DNA from: a virus
Taxonomy: Duplodnaviria; Heunggongvirae; Uroviricota; Caudoviricetes
Length of the DNA: 64,000 nucleotides
IMG/VR virus record: IMGVR_UViG_638275430_000001
Location: 86,274 to 150,273 of that record
Strand: one strand, 5' to 3'
Part shown: piece by piece, positions 1 through 9,782 of the stretch
Numbering within the stretch: position 1 is the first letter of the stretch
Layout: the number at the start of each line of letters is the position of its first letter
Notes under the pieces: model-generated
Databases searched by the model: none
What the model saw: only the letters and a program-made list of their open reading frames with translations
Told to the model about the DNA's origin: nothing
Made by a program: the position numbers and the translations under genes

Positions 1-3
1 TTT

Positions 4-3000
4 TTAAAGCTGTTCAGTGAGTTTCAGATAATCTTTCAACTCTTTGCCTTTCAGCTTCTTACATGCTGAATACTCGCGGTATTCTGTGCGCTTGGCAGGG
101 ATGTAGACACGAACGTATCCGTCATCCTCGTTGCCGCCTTCGATCTTGATTCCCGCAGGGAAATCAACTTTCTTGGGTTCCACGTACTCAAGACGACCGT
201 TCTTCCATCTTGGCAATTCGCCATCACGGAAAGAATAAACGATGTAATCTTGAACACTAGAACGCTTGGCTTCGGTAAGCATTTCACCGAACTTCATTGT
301 TTTACTTTCTTCCAACGTTCCCTTCATTTCTGCTTGATACGCTTTGAACTTGTCGTGGCGGTTTAGCTCGACTTCATAGCATTTTAGAATTCGCAGTTGT
401 TTTTCTGGATTAAACACTGCCCATTCCGGACTGATTACGTTTGATTTTGATGTTGCGTTAGGCACACCAGCAGAACGATAATCTTTAATAGGCTGACCCA
501 GAATAGATTCCATTTCGAAAACATATCCCTTTGTTCCAGCTTGACGTCCATAACCGGAGTTACCAACGTACTGCAAGATCTTATCAATCTTGTTACTAAA
601 GTAAATACCGTCACCTAGCATACGTCCAACAACAGATGCATCCTTACTAGGAATGATCTTAAAGCCGTAGCGTAAAATCATGTTAGCAGCGATACCACCA
701 GTTCCGTGAAAACATGGAACAACTTGCTCAAGTTTACCAGCGTCGATTTGCTCTTGCATGAACTTTTTGAATTCACCGTCAGGGAAACTCACGGTCATAC
801 TACGCAGAATTAGCGGATAAACATTGCCGTGTTTACCAGCGTAATAGTTGTCGATCAAATGCTTACCAATCAGGTATTTCTGTTCGTTGGTAATATTGTC
901 GTTCGTCGCTTTAACTTTCGGAACAACACCGTCACCCTTCGCAGCTTCTGCCTCTACTCGCTTGATATAATCGGTGAATTTCTCATTCTTACCGAGTTTG
1001 AGCTTCGCTTGTTTCACCAACTCAGTTGGGTTAATCTCGTTAAACTCAAACATCTGTTTAACACGACGACGATCAAGCTTATCGAACAAGTTAATTGGAC
1101 CTTCAAGAACTTGTCCGTAAACAAACTTGATTGCAGCCAATTGATCACGAACTTTACCACGATAATATGTTTCCAAGTTATCAAAGAACAAGTCGGTAAC
1201 AGTCGGGTCGGTTTCTACGGCGTCGGTCATAATGTCAACCAATGATTGCTGCATACCTTGTTTGTGATCGCGAACGCTAATTGATTTACCGTTCTCAGCG
1301 TTAAAGAACTTGAATCCGTTCTTAACTTCAAGCTTCATGAATTCTACAGCATCTTCTCCCTCGAAATCATAGTATTTCAAGAAAGCAGAATAAAGATTGT
1401 CAAACTTGCTTGAGGTAATACCAAGACTAGAAAGATCCAGATTTTTCCCCAATACGCTATAAGCACCTAGGAAAATCTTCTGTCTGTGTTCTGGCATTGT
1501 GCCGCGATTTGACATCAACAAAATGCGAGTCTTTCCGTATGAGTTAGGTGTACCTTGAATCTTGCTCATAACGTATTCCGCACCAGCTTTAACGTCCTTT
1601 TCACCATGAATGAAAATAGCAGACAATAATGCCCGTTCTTGTTCTTCCCATGGAACACCGGCGCTAGTGTCTTTCGTGATATAAGCGTCCAACGCATCCT
1701 TAACGCGCTGCTTCATGCTCGGTACCATGTTTACTGCCATTTCGTTTACGCGATTTGGGAAGATAACTCCGATTTCAAGAGCACGAATAACGCACTTAGC
1801 AATCATGATCACATCAGCGGTATCCATACGCTCAAGCGGAAACTCGACGGAAGTCTTGTATGCGTCATTAACTTTCAGCATGACATTTTTAAATTCTTCA
1901 TCATCCAGCGCAAAAACTTTGGACCAATGTAGATTAACGAAACCGAAATCCGCATTTGTTTTGTTATCCGGATTCAACAAGAACTCCATGCCATAGCGAC
2001 ACATAGTTAACTTGCTTTGATCGTTCCAAGCACTCCAACGATACGGAGGATAAAAATCTTTGTACTTGTCGGTAACATAGTTAACGACTTGATCCCAACC
2101 AATCATATCAGCAAACGGACCAGTAAACAACAATTCTTTGTAACCATCAGTCAGATACGAAGAATAGGACATCATATAAACGTAAGCGGGTTTGATTACT
2201 TCCAACAGACAGTTGAAATACATTTGGCGAATCATTGGACTCATTTCACGCATATTGCCCATGATGCCGATAACAATGCTATTCCCGTTCGTTCCCTTAT
2301 AGTGATTCACCATATCTTGGCCGATTTTGCCATTTGTCATTTCAAAGGCAACATCAATGCTATTGAATCCAAAGAGCCAGCAAGTCGGGTCAGTTTTCAT
2401 ATTACTAAACGCCATTGCCATTGTCTGATAACCGGTATATCCAATTTCATCACCGAGAATGCTATATTTTTCTTTTAATCCACGGAAGAAGGAAATGTGT
2501 TTACGCAAGAATTCAACGTTTTTCAATTCCATTGCTTCTTCAATCGCATAAACGCTATTTGAGTTATCACCAAGCATATAATGACTGATACGTTTGCCCA
2601 TTTCTGAAAGCTGGGTAATAGTAGCAGAGTATCGGGTACGGTACTTGTCGTGCATTTCGGATTGCGCTTCATCGTTCAGATCGAATTCGAATCCAGTTAC
2701 CATTTCGCCGTACTTACTCACAATAGGATATGCAGTTTGAGCCAACCCATATAGACCTTTCAGACCGGTACTTGTGTTAACACACTCTTCAATCTGCTTG
2801 GAAATGAATTGGAGCAATCCCGCGTCATGATCATATGTCTGATAGTCTGGTTGAACAGGAACAGCTACAGGCTCGTCCTGGACGACCGGAGCGACGTCAT
2901 CGGCAACGTCATCGACATCAGGAGACGCATGGACTTGTGCCAAGTTATCGTTTTTGTCGTCGTCATCATCGTCTCCGGTATTTGATGTAACACCAGCACC

Positions 3001-3639
3001 AGCAGCAGTACCAACAGTTACGGTACTCACACCAGCAAGACGCGCATATTTAACATACATACTCACGGTCCACAGATCTTCACCTGCTTCTGGGAATTTT
3101 TTGATTACGCGACGCAATTCCTTGGAAGTATCAATCAGACTAATAGCACCTGTCTTAAACTTGTTCATCAGATCACGAAGCTTTGGATGCAAATTCATCA
3201 ATGCGGTAGATTTAATGTTTGCTACCCAACCACGAACGATATCATCATCAACGGTGTTAATAACTCCGGCTTTGCATTTAACTAGGAAGCGGGTCATTTC
3301 GCTTACCTTAGCGTCGCTGATAAACATTTTCTTATCAGTCATTAGTTTCAGTACCAGGGAAATGTTGTTGTTATCGTCTCCGATATTCTTCAACATCAAT
3401 TGGCCGTCACTCTTAAAATAACGCTCATACTTGCGCAGGCTAGATAGATGATTCATCTGGCGTGCAGCGTTGAAACTACCCAGAATACCGATGAAGTTGA
3501 ACATGAACGCATTCATGATCGCGGTTTCGTCATCCACGAAAGTCGCTTTGTTTGCGGCATCATAGAGGGTATTTTCTGCCAAGAAGCGTTGGTAATCCTC
3601 TTCTTCTTGACGCTCGAATAATTGTTTGGTTGTTAACAT
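4..3639 (-). CDS. Large protein with C-terminal PARP-like (H-Y-E) ADP-ribosyltransferase domain; probably late and virion-associated
   Basis: Motifs CFHGT, GDGIYFS and SPEWAVF match the PARP catalytic triad layout; CTAAATA late-type promoter and GAGG RBS upstream. Confidence 0.8.
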   Translation of the reverse strand: MLTTKQLFERQEEEDYQRFLAENTLYDAANKATFVDDETAIMNAFMFNFIGILGSFNAARQMNHLSSLRKYERYFKSDGQLMLKNIGDDNNNISLVLKLMTDKKMFISDAKVSEMTRFLVKCKAGVINTVDDDIVRGWVANIKSTALMNLHPKLRDLMNKFKTGAISLIDTSKELRRVIKKFPEAGEDLWTVSMYVKYARLAGVSTVTVGTAAGAGVTSNTGDDDDDDKNDNLAQVHASPDVDDVADDVAPVVQDEPVAVPVQPDYQTYDHDAGLLQFISKQIEECVNTSTGLKGLYGLAQTAYPIVSKYGEMVTGFEFDLNDEAQSEMHDKYRTRYSATITQLSEMGKRISHYMLGDNSNSVYAIEEAMELKNVEFLRKHISFFRGLKEKYSILGDEIGYTGYQTMAMAFSNMKTDPTCWLFGFNSIDVAFEMTNGKIGQDMVNHYKGTNGNSIVIGIMGNMREMSPMIRQMYFNCLLEVIKPAYVYMMSYSSYLTDGYKELLFTGPFADMIGWDQVVNYVTDKYKDFYPPYRWSAWNDQSKLTMCRYGMEFLLNPDNKTNADFGFVNLHWSKVFALDDEEFKNVMLKVNDAYKTSVEFPLERMDTADVIMIAKCVIRALEIGVIFPNRVNEMAVNMVPSMKQRVKDALDAYITKDTSAGVPWEEQERALLSAIFIHGEKDVKAGAEYVMSKIQGTPNSYGKTRILLMSNRGTMPEHRQKIFLGAYSVLGKNLDLSSLGITSSKFDNLYSAFLKYYDFEGEDAVEFMKLEVKNGFKFFNAENGKSISVRDHKQGMQQSLVDIMTDAVETDPTVTDLFFDNLETYYRGKVRDQLAAIKFVYGQVLEGPINLFDKLDRRRVKQMFEFNEINPTELVKQAKLKLGKNEKFTDYIKRVEAEAAKGDGVVPKVKATNDNITNEQKYLIGKHLIDNYYAGKHGNVYPLILRSMTVSFPDGEFKKFMQEQIDAGKLEQVVPCFHGTGGIAANMILRYGFKIIPSKDASVVGRMLGDGIYFSNKIDKILQYVGNSGYGRQAGTKGYVFEMESILGQPIKDYRSAGVPNATSKSNVISPEWAVFNPEKQLRILKCYEVELNRHDKFKAYQAEMKGTLEESKTMKFGEMLTEAKRSSVQDYIVYSFRDGELPRWKNGRLEYVEPKKVDFPAGIKIEGGNEDDGYVRVYIPAKRTEYREYSACKKLKGKELKDYLKLTEQL

Positions 3640-3671
3640 TTATGTTCCTCATTGGTGAACTTAATTTACTG

Positions 3672-3678
3672 TATTTAG
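3672..3678 (-). promoter_or_regulatory. Late-type promoter CTAAATA for the PARP-like gene
   Basis: Same heptamer precedes several structural genes in this window. Confidence 0.6.
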
Positions 3679-3689
3679 TGCGTCCAGCA

Positions 3690-3810
3690 CTGCGGCGTAA
3701 GCCGCTAGATCAGAAAAGACAAAATAAAATCTCTTATAGATCTTTAATGATAATCTATTTTGTCTTCCTTAAGGTAATCAATGAGTTAGCTTCGCAGTCG
3801 CTGGCGCGAC
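3690..3810 (+). repeat. Dispersed palindromic repeat, copy 1
   Basis: GCGGCGTAAGCCGC hairpin, AAGACAAAATA...TATTTTGTCTT inverted core, AATCAATGAGTTAGC; near-identical copies at 33666, 33856 and 62541. Confidence 0.95.
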
Positions 3811-3813
3811 ATC

Positions 3814-4695
3814 CTACAACTGGTCAACTATTGAACAAACAACTCGGTGCGTGAACTCGTTAACAATGCTATCGATTATATCTTGTCGTTTGATATTTTC
3901 GATCAGCCAAGGAGTAAACTCTTGATTTTTGTTCTGGACAGTTGTATATGCGCCAATCATTGATCCATAGATACTTGCGATTGTATCGCTATCTAATCCC
4001 ATGTTTGCTATGAGAAAAATCCCATACTCTTTGTGTTCGAACTCTAGGAACACTCTCCAAGCGATTGTGAGTGAGTCCTTAACATAGCCAGTAGGCAAAC
4101 ATGAGTCTTCATCGAAATACGCTCCAAATTCGGTACGAAGCGTCCTTTTGTTTACTCCGTCGAATATCCGATGCATGATACGAACATACAACATAGAGTA
4201 ATGCAAACACAACGGAACCGGATGGGTAAACTCCGTCATGTATTTAACGATACGTTCGATATCTTCTTGACTTCTGCCGTAAGTGGCAATTGCGACTGGA
4301 TACATACGCATGAGCGCACCATTACCAGCTCCCTTAGTTGGGTCAGTGACCGGCTTGTTCGCGAGTATAGCATAGGCAGTACCTGTGCCAACATCAAAGC
4401 ACTCGCCTGTGGAAGAAAACGCACCTTGCTCGATCCAGCGCGTCATATCACGCTTAATTGCGGGCACATTGAACTCGCCATTTTTGAAATTGCGCATAGT
4501 GATCAGCGCACAAGTGGTATCGTCTGTGAAGTTACCATACTTATTGTGAAAAACATCGCGATCTGTTTTCAGCAGATTCATGTCCACTTTGCGAAGTTTT
4601 TTCTTGCCTTTGGTGCCGAAATTGAATTCGTTGAATGCGCCAACACAATCGCCAATGATAGCAGATTGCGTGGTATTTTTGATAATGTCGATCAT
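3814..4695 (-). CDS. ADP-ribosylglycohydrolase (ARH/DraG family)
   Basis: Motifs IIGDCVG, FTDDT, GAGNGALMRMYP, THP and DSDTIASIYGSMIGA. Confidence 0.9.
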   Translation of the reverse strand: MIDIIKNTTQSAIIGDCVGAFNEFNFGTKGKKKLRKVDMNLLKTDRDVFHNKYGNFTDDTTCALITMRNFKNGEFNVPAIKRDMTRWIEQGAFSSTGECFDVGTGTAYAILANKPVTDPTKGAGNGALMRMYPVAIATYGRSQEDIERIVKYMTEFTHPVPLCLHYSMLYVRIMHRIFDGVNKRTLRTEFGAYFDEDSCLPTGYVKDSLTIAWRVFLEFEHKEYGIFLIANMGLDSDTIASIYGSMIGAYTTVQNKNQEFTPWLIENIKRQDIIDSIVNEFTHRVVCSIVDQL

Positions 4696-4764
4696 GATAT
4701 CCTCATAAATGAAAAAGGGTCTATACTCGATAGACCCATATTGTACTTCTTTATTGATTTGAAA

Positions 4765-5382
4765 TCAACGACGATGTGGAATAATTGATTCCAGATAGTT
4801 GTTGACATAGACAACATCACCAGCAACACGTTGCAGATTACAATCTTGTTGTTCGGTTTTGACGGAGTGGAATACAACTTGATCTTTGCTATCGTCTTTG
4901 CTGATAATTTTCAGCAGGATGTATTCTTGCGTCATCGGGTCGATCATAGGCTCGCCGCCCATTTTCAGAACTTCCAATCGAGTACCACTGTTGCGGTACA
5001 ATTCGATCATGTCGCCTTCGGTGATAGCACGACCGGAAATCAGACCAGGATTGGTTACTTTTCGGGTTTTGTGTGAATAGAAGCCACCGCGTTTCACCCA
5101 TCCCATAGTACCAACTTCGATACTTTCATTGGTGATACCAAAGTTAACTTTGTTGACTCGGGTAATCAGCGCGTTCCCGTTAACGATGCGCATAGAAACA
5201 CGTTCGTCGCTCGCTTCCAGATTGTATACCGGTTCGACGTTGGTGCCAGTTCGCTCGATGTTCAGCAGAACATAAGAACGATCTTTGATGTCGATGGAGT
5301 CGCCCGGTTTCATGTCGATCAGTCGAACATAATTGATATCGATATTCGGCATAGCCACTTGATGTTTCAGATAATAAGCCAT
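4765..5382 (-). CDS. Hypothetical protein, 205 aa
   Basis: ATG ORF in the co-oriented early cassette. Confidence 0.7.
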   Translation of the reverse strand: MAYYLKHQVAMPNIDINYVRLIDMKPGDSIDIKDRSYVLLNIERTGTNVEPVYNLEASDERVSMRIVNGNALITRVNKVNFGITNESIEVGTMGWVKRGGFYSHKTRKVTNPGLISGRAITEGDMIELYRNSGTRLEVLKMGGEPMIDPMTQEYILLKIISKDDSKDQVVFHSVKTEQQDCNLQRVAGDVVYVNNYLESIIPHRR

Positions 5383-5391
5383 GATAATTCC

Positions 5392-5589
5392 TTAGTGTGT
5401 GATTTCGTTGATGCGGGTTTCGTAAACTTTGATCTTGCTGCGGAACAGATCCATGTTTTCTTTGTGTTCCATGATAACAGCTTGTGACAGTGCGCGTTGT
5501 GCGAATGCATGAGATTCGATCAACACATCTTTCTCAGTAGCGTAGCCACGTTTAGCGCGTTTTGCTTTCAGTTCGGCGGTAGTCATCAT
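5392..5589 (-). CDS. Hypothetical protein, 65 aa
   Basis: GAGG RBS; follows a sigma70-like promoter. Confidence 0.7.
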   Translation of the reverse strand: MMTTAELKAKRAKRGYATEKDVLIESHAFAQRALSQAVIMEHKENMDLFRSKIKVYETRINEITH

Positions 5590-5619
5590 GATTTGTTCCT
5601 CAGTTCGTTTGATGTAGCT

Positions 5620-5647
5620 ATATTAACAGATCTGGATTTGCTGTCAA
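5620..5647 (-). promoter_or_regulatory. Sigma70-like early promoter
   Basis: TTGACA-N16-TAATAT. Confidence 0.55.
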
Positions 5648-5925
5648 TCGATTCTAGGAATTATTTTCACATAAATCTGAAAATGTCCTCTCGCGTGACG
5701 TTCGCGATTGAAACTCTCGACAAAATCCTCGTTATCAATGCAACTCAACTCCGGACAAAGCTTGTCAAATAGCCAATAGGTATCGCTCTTGAAATCTGCG
5801 AATTCTTGGGATTCTGCTATCTTTTTTGATCTAGGATAGTAGTTGTTCAGAACGTTAAGCAGATACAGGAGACGATTCCGCAGAACTGGATGCGTAATAT
5901 AGTGACGGGTTTCATATGATTTCAT
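5644..5925 (-). CDS. Hypothetical protein (start MKSYE)
   Basis: ATG with GGAG RBS. Confidence 0.6.
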   Translation of the reverse strand: MKSYETRHYITHPVLRNRLLYLLNVLNNYYPRSKKIAESQEFADFKSDTYWLFDKLCPELSCIDNEDFVESFNRERHARGHFQIYVKIIPRID

Positions 5926-5935
5926 CTTTATCTCC

Positions 5936-5956
5936 AAAAAGGGCCCGAAGGCCCTT
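5936..5956 (-). terminator. Rho-independent terminator
   Basis: GGGC-CTTCGG-GCCC hairpin followed by a U tract. Confidence 0.8.
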
Positions 5957-5958
5957 GA

Positions 5959-6507
5959 TCAAAATTCGTTATCTTGCTCATACAGCTCAACAAAGCCGAG
6001 TCCGTGTGCATCCAGAGCGCCTTCGTCGTTCTTACGGATAAGAATAGTCTTACCTTTAGAATCACTCAAAACAACAGCATCGGGAGTGATCAACAGAACA
6101 CTGCATTTCCCGTTCCGACTTTCAACTTCATCGGCGATAGAAAGAGGCTCACCAACACCGATTCGATATGCTGCTTTCTCAACAAACAGGCCGTTTGAAC
6201 TTGATTTACGAGCGATTCCAAGTGGCTTCATTTGCTGACGAGTTACGCTATAAGTTTTGGAATCTTTATATACTCGGGTAATCTCTACCTCATACGCACC
6301 GAACAGTCGGAAAGTAAGTTCGGTCTTGCCGTCTTCGGATTCAGCACGATAGAATGGAGAATATACTCCAGACCCATTACTTACTCCATATCGAGTGAAC
6401 ATACCAAACTTGATGTTATTTGCTTCATCAACGAACGGCTTACCCGCGAGGTGAATTTCTACAAGTTCCACCGGAACGTCTTTGATATTTCGCTTATGAT
6501 AAAACAT
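5959..6507 (-). CDS. Hypothetical protein, 182 aa
   Basis: ATG ORF closely following the upstream gene. Confidence 0.7.
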   Translation of the reverse strand: MFYHKRNIKDVPVELVEIHLAGKPFVDEANNIKFGMFTRYGVSNGSGVYSPFYRAESEDGKTELTFRLFGAYEVEITRVYKDSKTYSVTRQQMKPLGIARKSSSNGLFVEKAAYRIGVGEPLSIADEVESRNGKCSVLLITPDAVVLSDSKGKTILIRKNDEGALDAHGLGFVELYEQDNEF

Positions 6508-6510
6508 CTT

Positions 6511-6897
6511 TTATCCTTTTGATTTGTAATAACCGGATTTGACTCGTTCGCGATACGCTCGACGTTGTTCTAAAGTCAAACCATCTTTCATCAGTGTTAC
6601 CAGCTTATACGGTTTCGGCATTTCCGTCAACTGCAAATACAGATTTGTTTCACGCGGAGCACCTGGACGTTTCTCAGATTCGTAAAGCAACGCCTTTCCG
6701 ATGATTTCACAATCTTTCGAATGGAGATCTTTTGAGTAAAGAAACTCAATCGGAGGCGAGCATAATCCAGTTACATCACGATCTTCTGCCTGATCTCGCA
6801 GCTTATCAAACTCTTCTTTGTTGACTTCCACGTAATCGTGAGTTATTTCTCCGACGTCACAATATTCGTCGTGTTCTCGAATTCTTTCAATTCTCAT
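6511..6897 (-). CDS. Hypothetical protein, 128 aa
   Basis: ATGA overlap with the upstream gene. Confidence 0.7.
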   Translation of the reverse strand: MRIERIREHDEYCDVGEITHDYVEVNKEEFDKLRDQAEDRDVTGLCSPPIEFLYSKDLHSKDCEIIGKALLYESEKRPGAPRETNLYLQLTEMPKPYKLVTLMKDGLTLEQRRAYRERVKSGYYKSKG

Positions 6898-7535
6898 GAT
6901 TTGAATCCGTAGTATTTGAAATCGACGTACTTACCAACATACATGCCAGTCATATCTTGATAGATTATAGTCTGTGTTTCTCGGTCTTGCAACATCGGAC
7001 TAGCCTTAGTTACATCAATTGATACCATATCCACGTTATCAAAACAAGCAGGAGTTTTCCCGTCTTTCGACTTTACATCACGATCTTTCCAGATTTCAGC
7101 GACAGTCGGACGAGTTACACCTTTGGACTTACGAATCACTTGAATAGTGAAAATAACATCGATTTCGTGAACAGCTTCAATTCGCTTGATGTATGAGCGC
7201 AGTTTCTCCAGTCGATCTTCGGTACCGTTGAAATCAGCATAACCGGAGAAGTCTAAAACAACAACGTCGATTTTACGCTCTCTTCCAAGCTCTACCGCAG
7301 CGTTGTGAACGGCGTCCTGTAGGGCAGTCAGACTTACACCGTCAACTTCACCAACAGCAATCTCACCGTCTCCAAAGTCGGTATCGATATCGGAGATCTT
7401 TCCGACGATACTCTCTTGGGTTTCTTCGTTGTTCAGGAAGACGACATACTTGCCTTTCTTCGCTTCTTCTACCGCAAGTTCAATTGCTTTGCTAGTCTTG
7501 CCAGCGCCGGCACTTGCTTTAATTATCTTGATCAT
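6894..7535 (-). CDS. P-loop NTPase (RecA/DnaB-like fold, function unknown)
   Basis: N-terminal Walker A ASAGAGKT; Walker B-like VVVLDF. Confidence 0.65.
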   Translation of the reverse strand: MIKIIKASAGAGKTSKAIELAVEEAKKGKYVVFLNNEETQESIVGKISDIDTDFGDGEIAVGEVDGVSLTALQDAVHNAAVELGRERKIDVVVLDFSGYADFNGTEDRLEKLRSYIKRIEAVHEIDVIFTIQVIRKSKGVTRPTVAEIWKDRDVKSKDGKTPACFDNVDMVSIDVTKASPMLQDRETQTIIYQDMTGMYVGKYVDFKYYGFKS

Positions 7536-7791
7536 TTACTTCCTCGTGATATTCGTCAATCCAATATTGGTCAGAGTCTTTGTTTCGACGTTTCAGATCT
7601 GATTGAATGCAATCGATAACAGATTGTCGATTTCGTATAGTCTCAGCATGTGGCTCAACGTCGGACGATAAAGTGAATTTTATCTCACCTATCTGAACAA
7701 TGCAACTCAAGAAATCGCGACGTTTGACCCAAACGGTGACATCGTATTTCTTGAGTTTCTGTTTGCGTTTAAAAAAGTCAAGTATTTTCAT
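7519..7791 (-). CDS. Hypothetical protein, 90 aa
   Basis: Co-oriented ATG ORF. Confidence 0.6.
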   Translation of the reverse strand: MKILDFFKRKQKLKKYDVTVWVKRRDFLSCIVQIGEIKFTLSSDVEPHAETIRNRQSVIDCIQSDLKRRNKDSDQYWIDEYHEEVNDQDN

Positions 7792-7806
7792 ATGTAAAAT
7801 CGGGGA

Positions 7807-8064
7807 TTAACCCCGATTCTCCAGAGATTTGATCATCGCATAGAGACGGTCAATATGACGGCGCTGGGTGATTACCATCATCCACAGACACACAAAGAAC
7901 GACATAGCGGAGATCACGAATGTGCCTTCCGCCTGATAGTTTTCATAGCCAGCATACACATCCATGAAAATGTATGAATAGCCAAGCAGCATCAGCAGAA
8001 TATAGATAACGTTATCCATATTGAAATTCCACTTGCCGTCTACTTTCATTCGAGTATCAATCAT
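7807..8064 (-). CDS. Small membrane protein with two hydrophobic segments
   Basis: Two ~20-aa hydrophobic stretches; AGGA RBS. Confidence 0.65.
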   Translation of the reverse strand: MIDTRMKVDGKWNFNMDNVIYILLMLLGYSYIFMDVYAGYENYQAEGTFVISAMSFFVCLWMMVITQRRHIDRLYAMIKSLENRG

Positions 8065-8074
8065 TTTATTTTCC

Positions 8075-8266
8075 TTAGTTCATTACCAACATAAATGGGC
8101 AGTTTACACAAACAGCATACCAGAGTGCGCCACTTGCTGCCACGGGGATAAGAGTGCCGATATCAATCTTGCCACTTAATGCAAGTTGCGCGTATGTACC
8201 AAAAGCGGTAGCGAACGACACAACAACAGCGATAATCACAAGAACAATCCAACCGAATACGATCAT
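8075..8266 (-). CDS. Small membrane protein (start MIVFGW)
   Basis: ATGA overlap; hydrophobic N-terminus. Confidence 0.6.
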   Translation of the reverse strand: MIVFGWIVLVIIAVVVSFATAFGTYAQLALSGKIDIGTLIPVAASGALWYAVCVNCPFMLVMN

Positions 8267-8490
8267 ACAGTCAGATCTCGGTGAATTTGCGACAGTGCTG
8301 CCAGTTCGTTTTCGTCTTTGCATTCAAACGAGGCATCTTCAATCAGTCGCACAATGATATCGTGGTGCTTGATCATGTTCATCATAACACGGCGAGCATT
8401 TTTAAAATCTGACTCGCTCATATCTTTTGGTTTACCTTGAATACGCAGACCATTACGAGCGTTTTCAGGCAACATTTCATTCAAGAACAT
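8263..8490 (-). CDS. Hypothetical protein, 75 aa
   Basis: GGAG RBS. Confidence 0.65.
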   Translation of the reverse strand: MFLNEMLPENARNGLRIQGKPKDMSESDFKNARRVMMNMIKHHDIIVRLIEDASFECKDENELAALSQIHRDLTV

Positions 8491-9046
8491 ATTTTACTCC
8501 CAACCGTTGAGCCAAATTTCGAAGTCTTTCTTCTCGTTCATCACGAGTCTCAATTACCATACGATTATAGAACGATGTGCCAGCTAGGTCAAGCAGTTTC
8601 TTTGTTATTTCTTCTGCTTCTGATTTCAATACAGTTTGAGCGGCGTGAGTTGTTAACATGCTCTCTATGGTATTGAGTTCTTTCATGTTCTCGGATGGAA
8701 TACGAACTGGACTCTTTTGTACACTAATACCACTGCTATTTGCGGTCACTTTAATGTGTACCCAGTCACAGTTATTTTCGTTCGGCACATCGACATCCAC
8801 CAACACGGTATCTTCGGATTGTAGCGATGAAAGAAATATCAGAGGTACCCGACCAAGATAACGTCCATTAAACTTACCATCAAGATCAAAGAAGCAAACG
8901 TGGTAAACTTGTTGATCTTGTACTACTTGAGAGATAGCGTAAACGTTCTTCGGGTTACCTGTTCCAACAATGCGGTCACGATAACGAAAAGTCGCTTTCA
9001 TATCGTTCAGCATTTCGGCAATGCTATCAGTTGCTTTGGTGTTCAT
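8477..9046 (-). CDS. Hypothetical protein (start MNTKAT)
   Basis: GGAG RBS before the internal ATG at 9046. Confidence 0.65.
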   Translation of the reverse strand: MNTKATDSIAEMLNDMKATFRYRDRIVGTGNPKNVYAISQVVQDQQVYHVCFFDLDGKFNGRYLGRVPLIFLSSLQSEDTVLVDVDVPNENNCDWVHIKVTANSSGISVQKSPVRIPSENMKELNTIESMLTTHAAQTVLKSEAEEITKKLLDLAGTSFYNRMVIETRDEREERLRNLAQRLGVKYVLE

Positions 9047-9422
9047 CTTGCTTCTCCATTTCTTTGATAAGATCAATATACACGGCTTTGGCTTCGTTCT
9101 CAACATATTCCGGGAGTCCCATTATGTCGAAACACAGACAGCGATTTTTATCCCATCCAAGATTGAAAGCGATTGACTGAGGGATATTTTTGTTTCCAAA
9201 CGGACGTTTCGCCGTTTTCAGAAACTCAACAATGCCCATTTTACATTGTTCGTCTTCTTCGCTTTGGAGATATTCGAGATAGAAACCCTTCAACACAGTT
9301 TCCAATCGAACACGTTCCCAAAACGGCTCCATTCGATTGTTGAGCGCGTTGTCCCAATACTTGACTCGGGTCATACCTGATTCGGCAACATATCGGGCAT
9401 TCAGTTTATGGAGATTCATCAC
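9027..9422 (-). CDS. Hypothetical protein, 131 aa
   Basis: GGAGG RBS; ATGA overlap. Confidence 0.7.
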   Translation of the reverse strand: MMNLHKLNARYVAESGMTRVKYWDNALNNRMEPFWERVRLETVLKGFYLEYLQSEEDEQCKMGIVEFLKTAKRPFGNKNIPQSIAFNLGWDKNRCLCFDIMGLPEYVENEAKAVYIDLIKEMEKQDEHQSN

Positions 9423-9676
9423 GCTTCCTCCTTCATTTCAGTTGCGTATTTCTCGATCATCTGCATAGTGATCCACTCGGGTTTAGTTTCAAAGCTGTTA
9501 TACAGTGCTTTCATGCTTTCGATTTGTTCGTCAACACTGCCAGCCCACAGACGGGATACAGAACGATTACCGTATCCCAGAAAGAATTCGCAATCGGATT
9601 TCATACGACTCAGTAACATGTATTTGAATTCATGATCTGCTGGACGAGTCGCGATAACTTCTTGAATATAGCTCAT
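9419..9676 (-). CDS. LPD11-like (large polyvalent protein-associated domain) standalone protein
   Basis: YMLLSRMKSDCEFFLGYG..LWAG..EQIESMKALY..KPEW matches the LPD11 pattern as recalled. Confidence 0.75.
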   Translation of the reverse strand: MSYIQEVIATRPADHEFKYMLLSRMKSDCEFFLGYGNRSVSRLWAGSVDEQIESMKALYNSFETKPEWITMQMIEKYATEMKEEA

Positions 9677-9704
9677 GATTTATTCCTCTCGTTTCGATGT
9701 GTCC

Positions 9705-9732
9705 ATAATAGCAGGTTGATTTGATGTGTCAA
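9705..9732 (-). promoter_or_regulatory. Sigma70-like early promoter
   Basis: TTGACA-N16-TATTAT directly after a terminator. Confidence 0.6.
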
Positions 9733-9741
9733 CAACAAAAC

Positions 9742-9765
9742 AAAAAAGCCACCCGAAGGTGGCTT
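9742..9765 (-). terminator. Rho-independent terminator
   Basis: GCCAC-CTTCGG-GTGGC hairpin plus U6. Confidence 0.85.
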
Positions 9766-9782
9766 AAATTTATCTTAACTGA

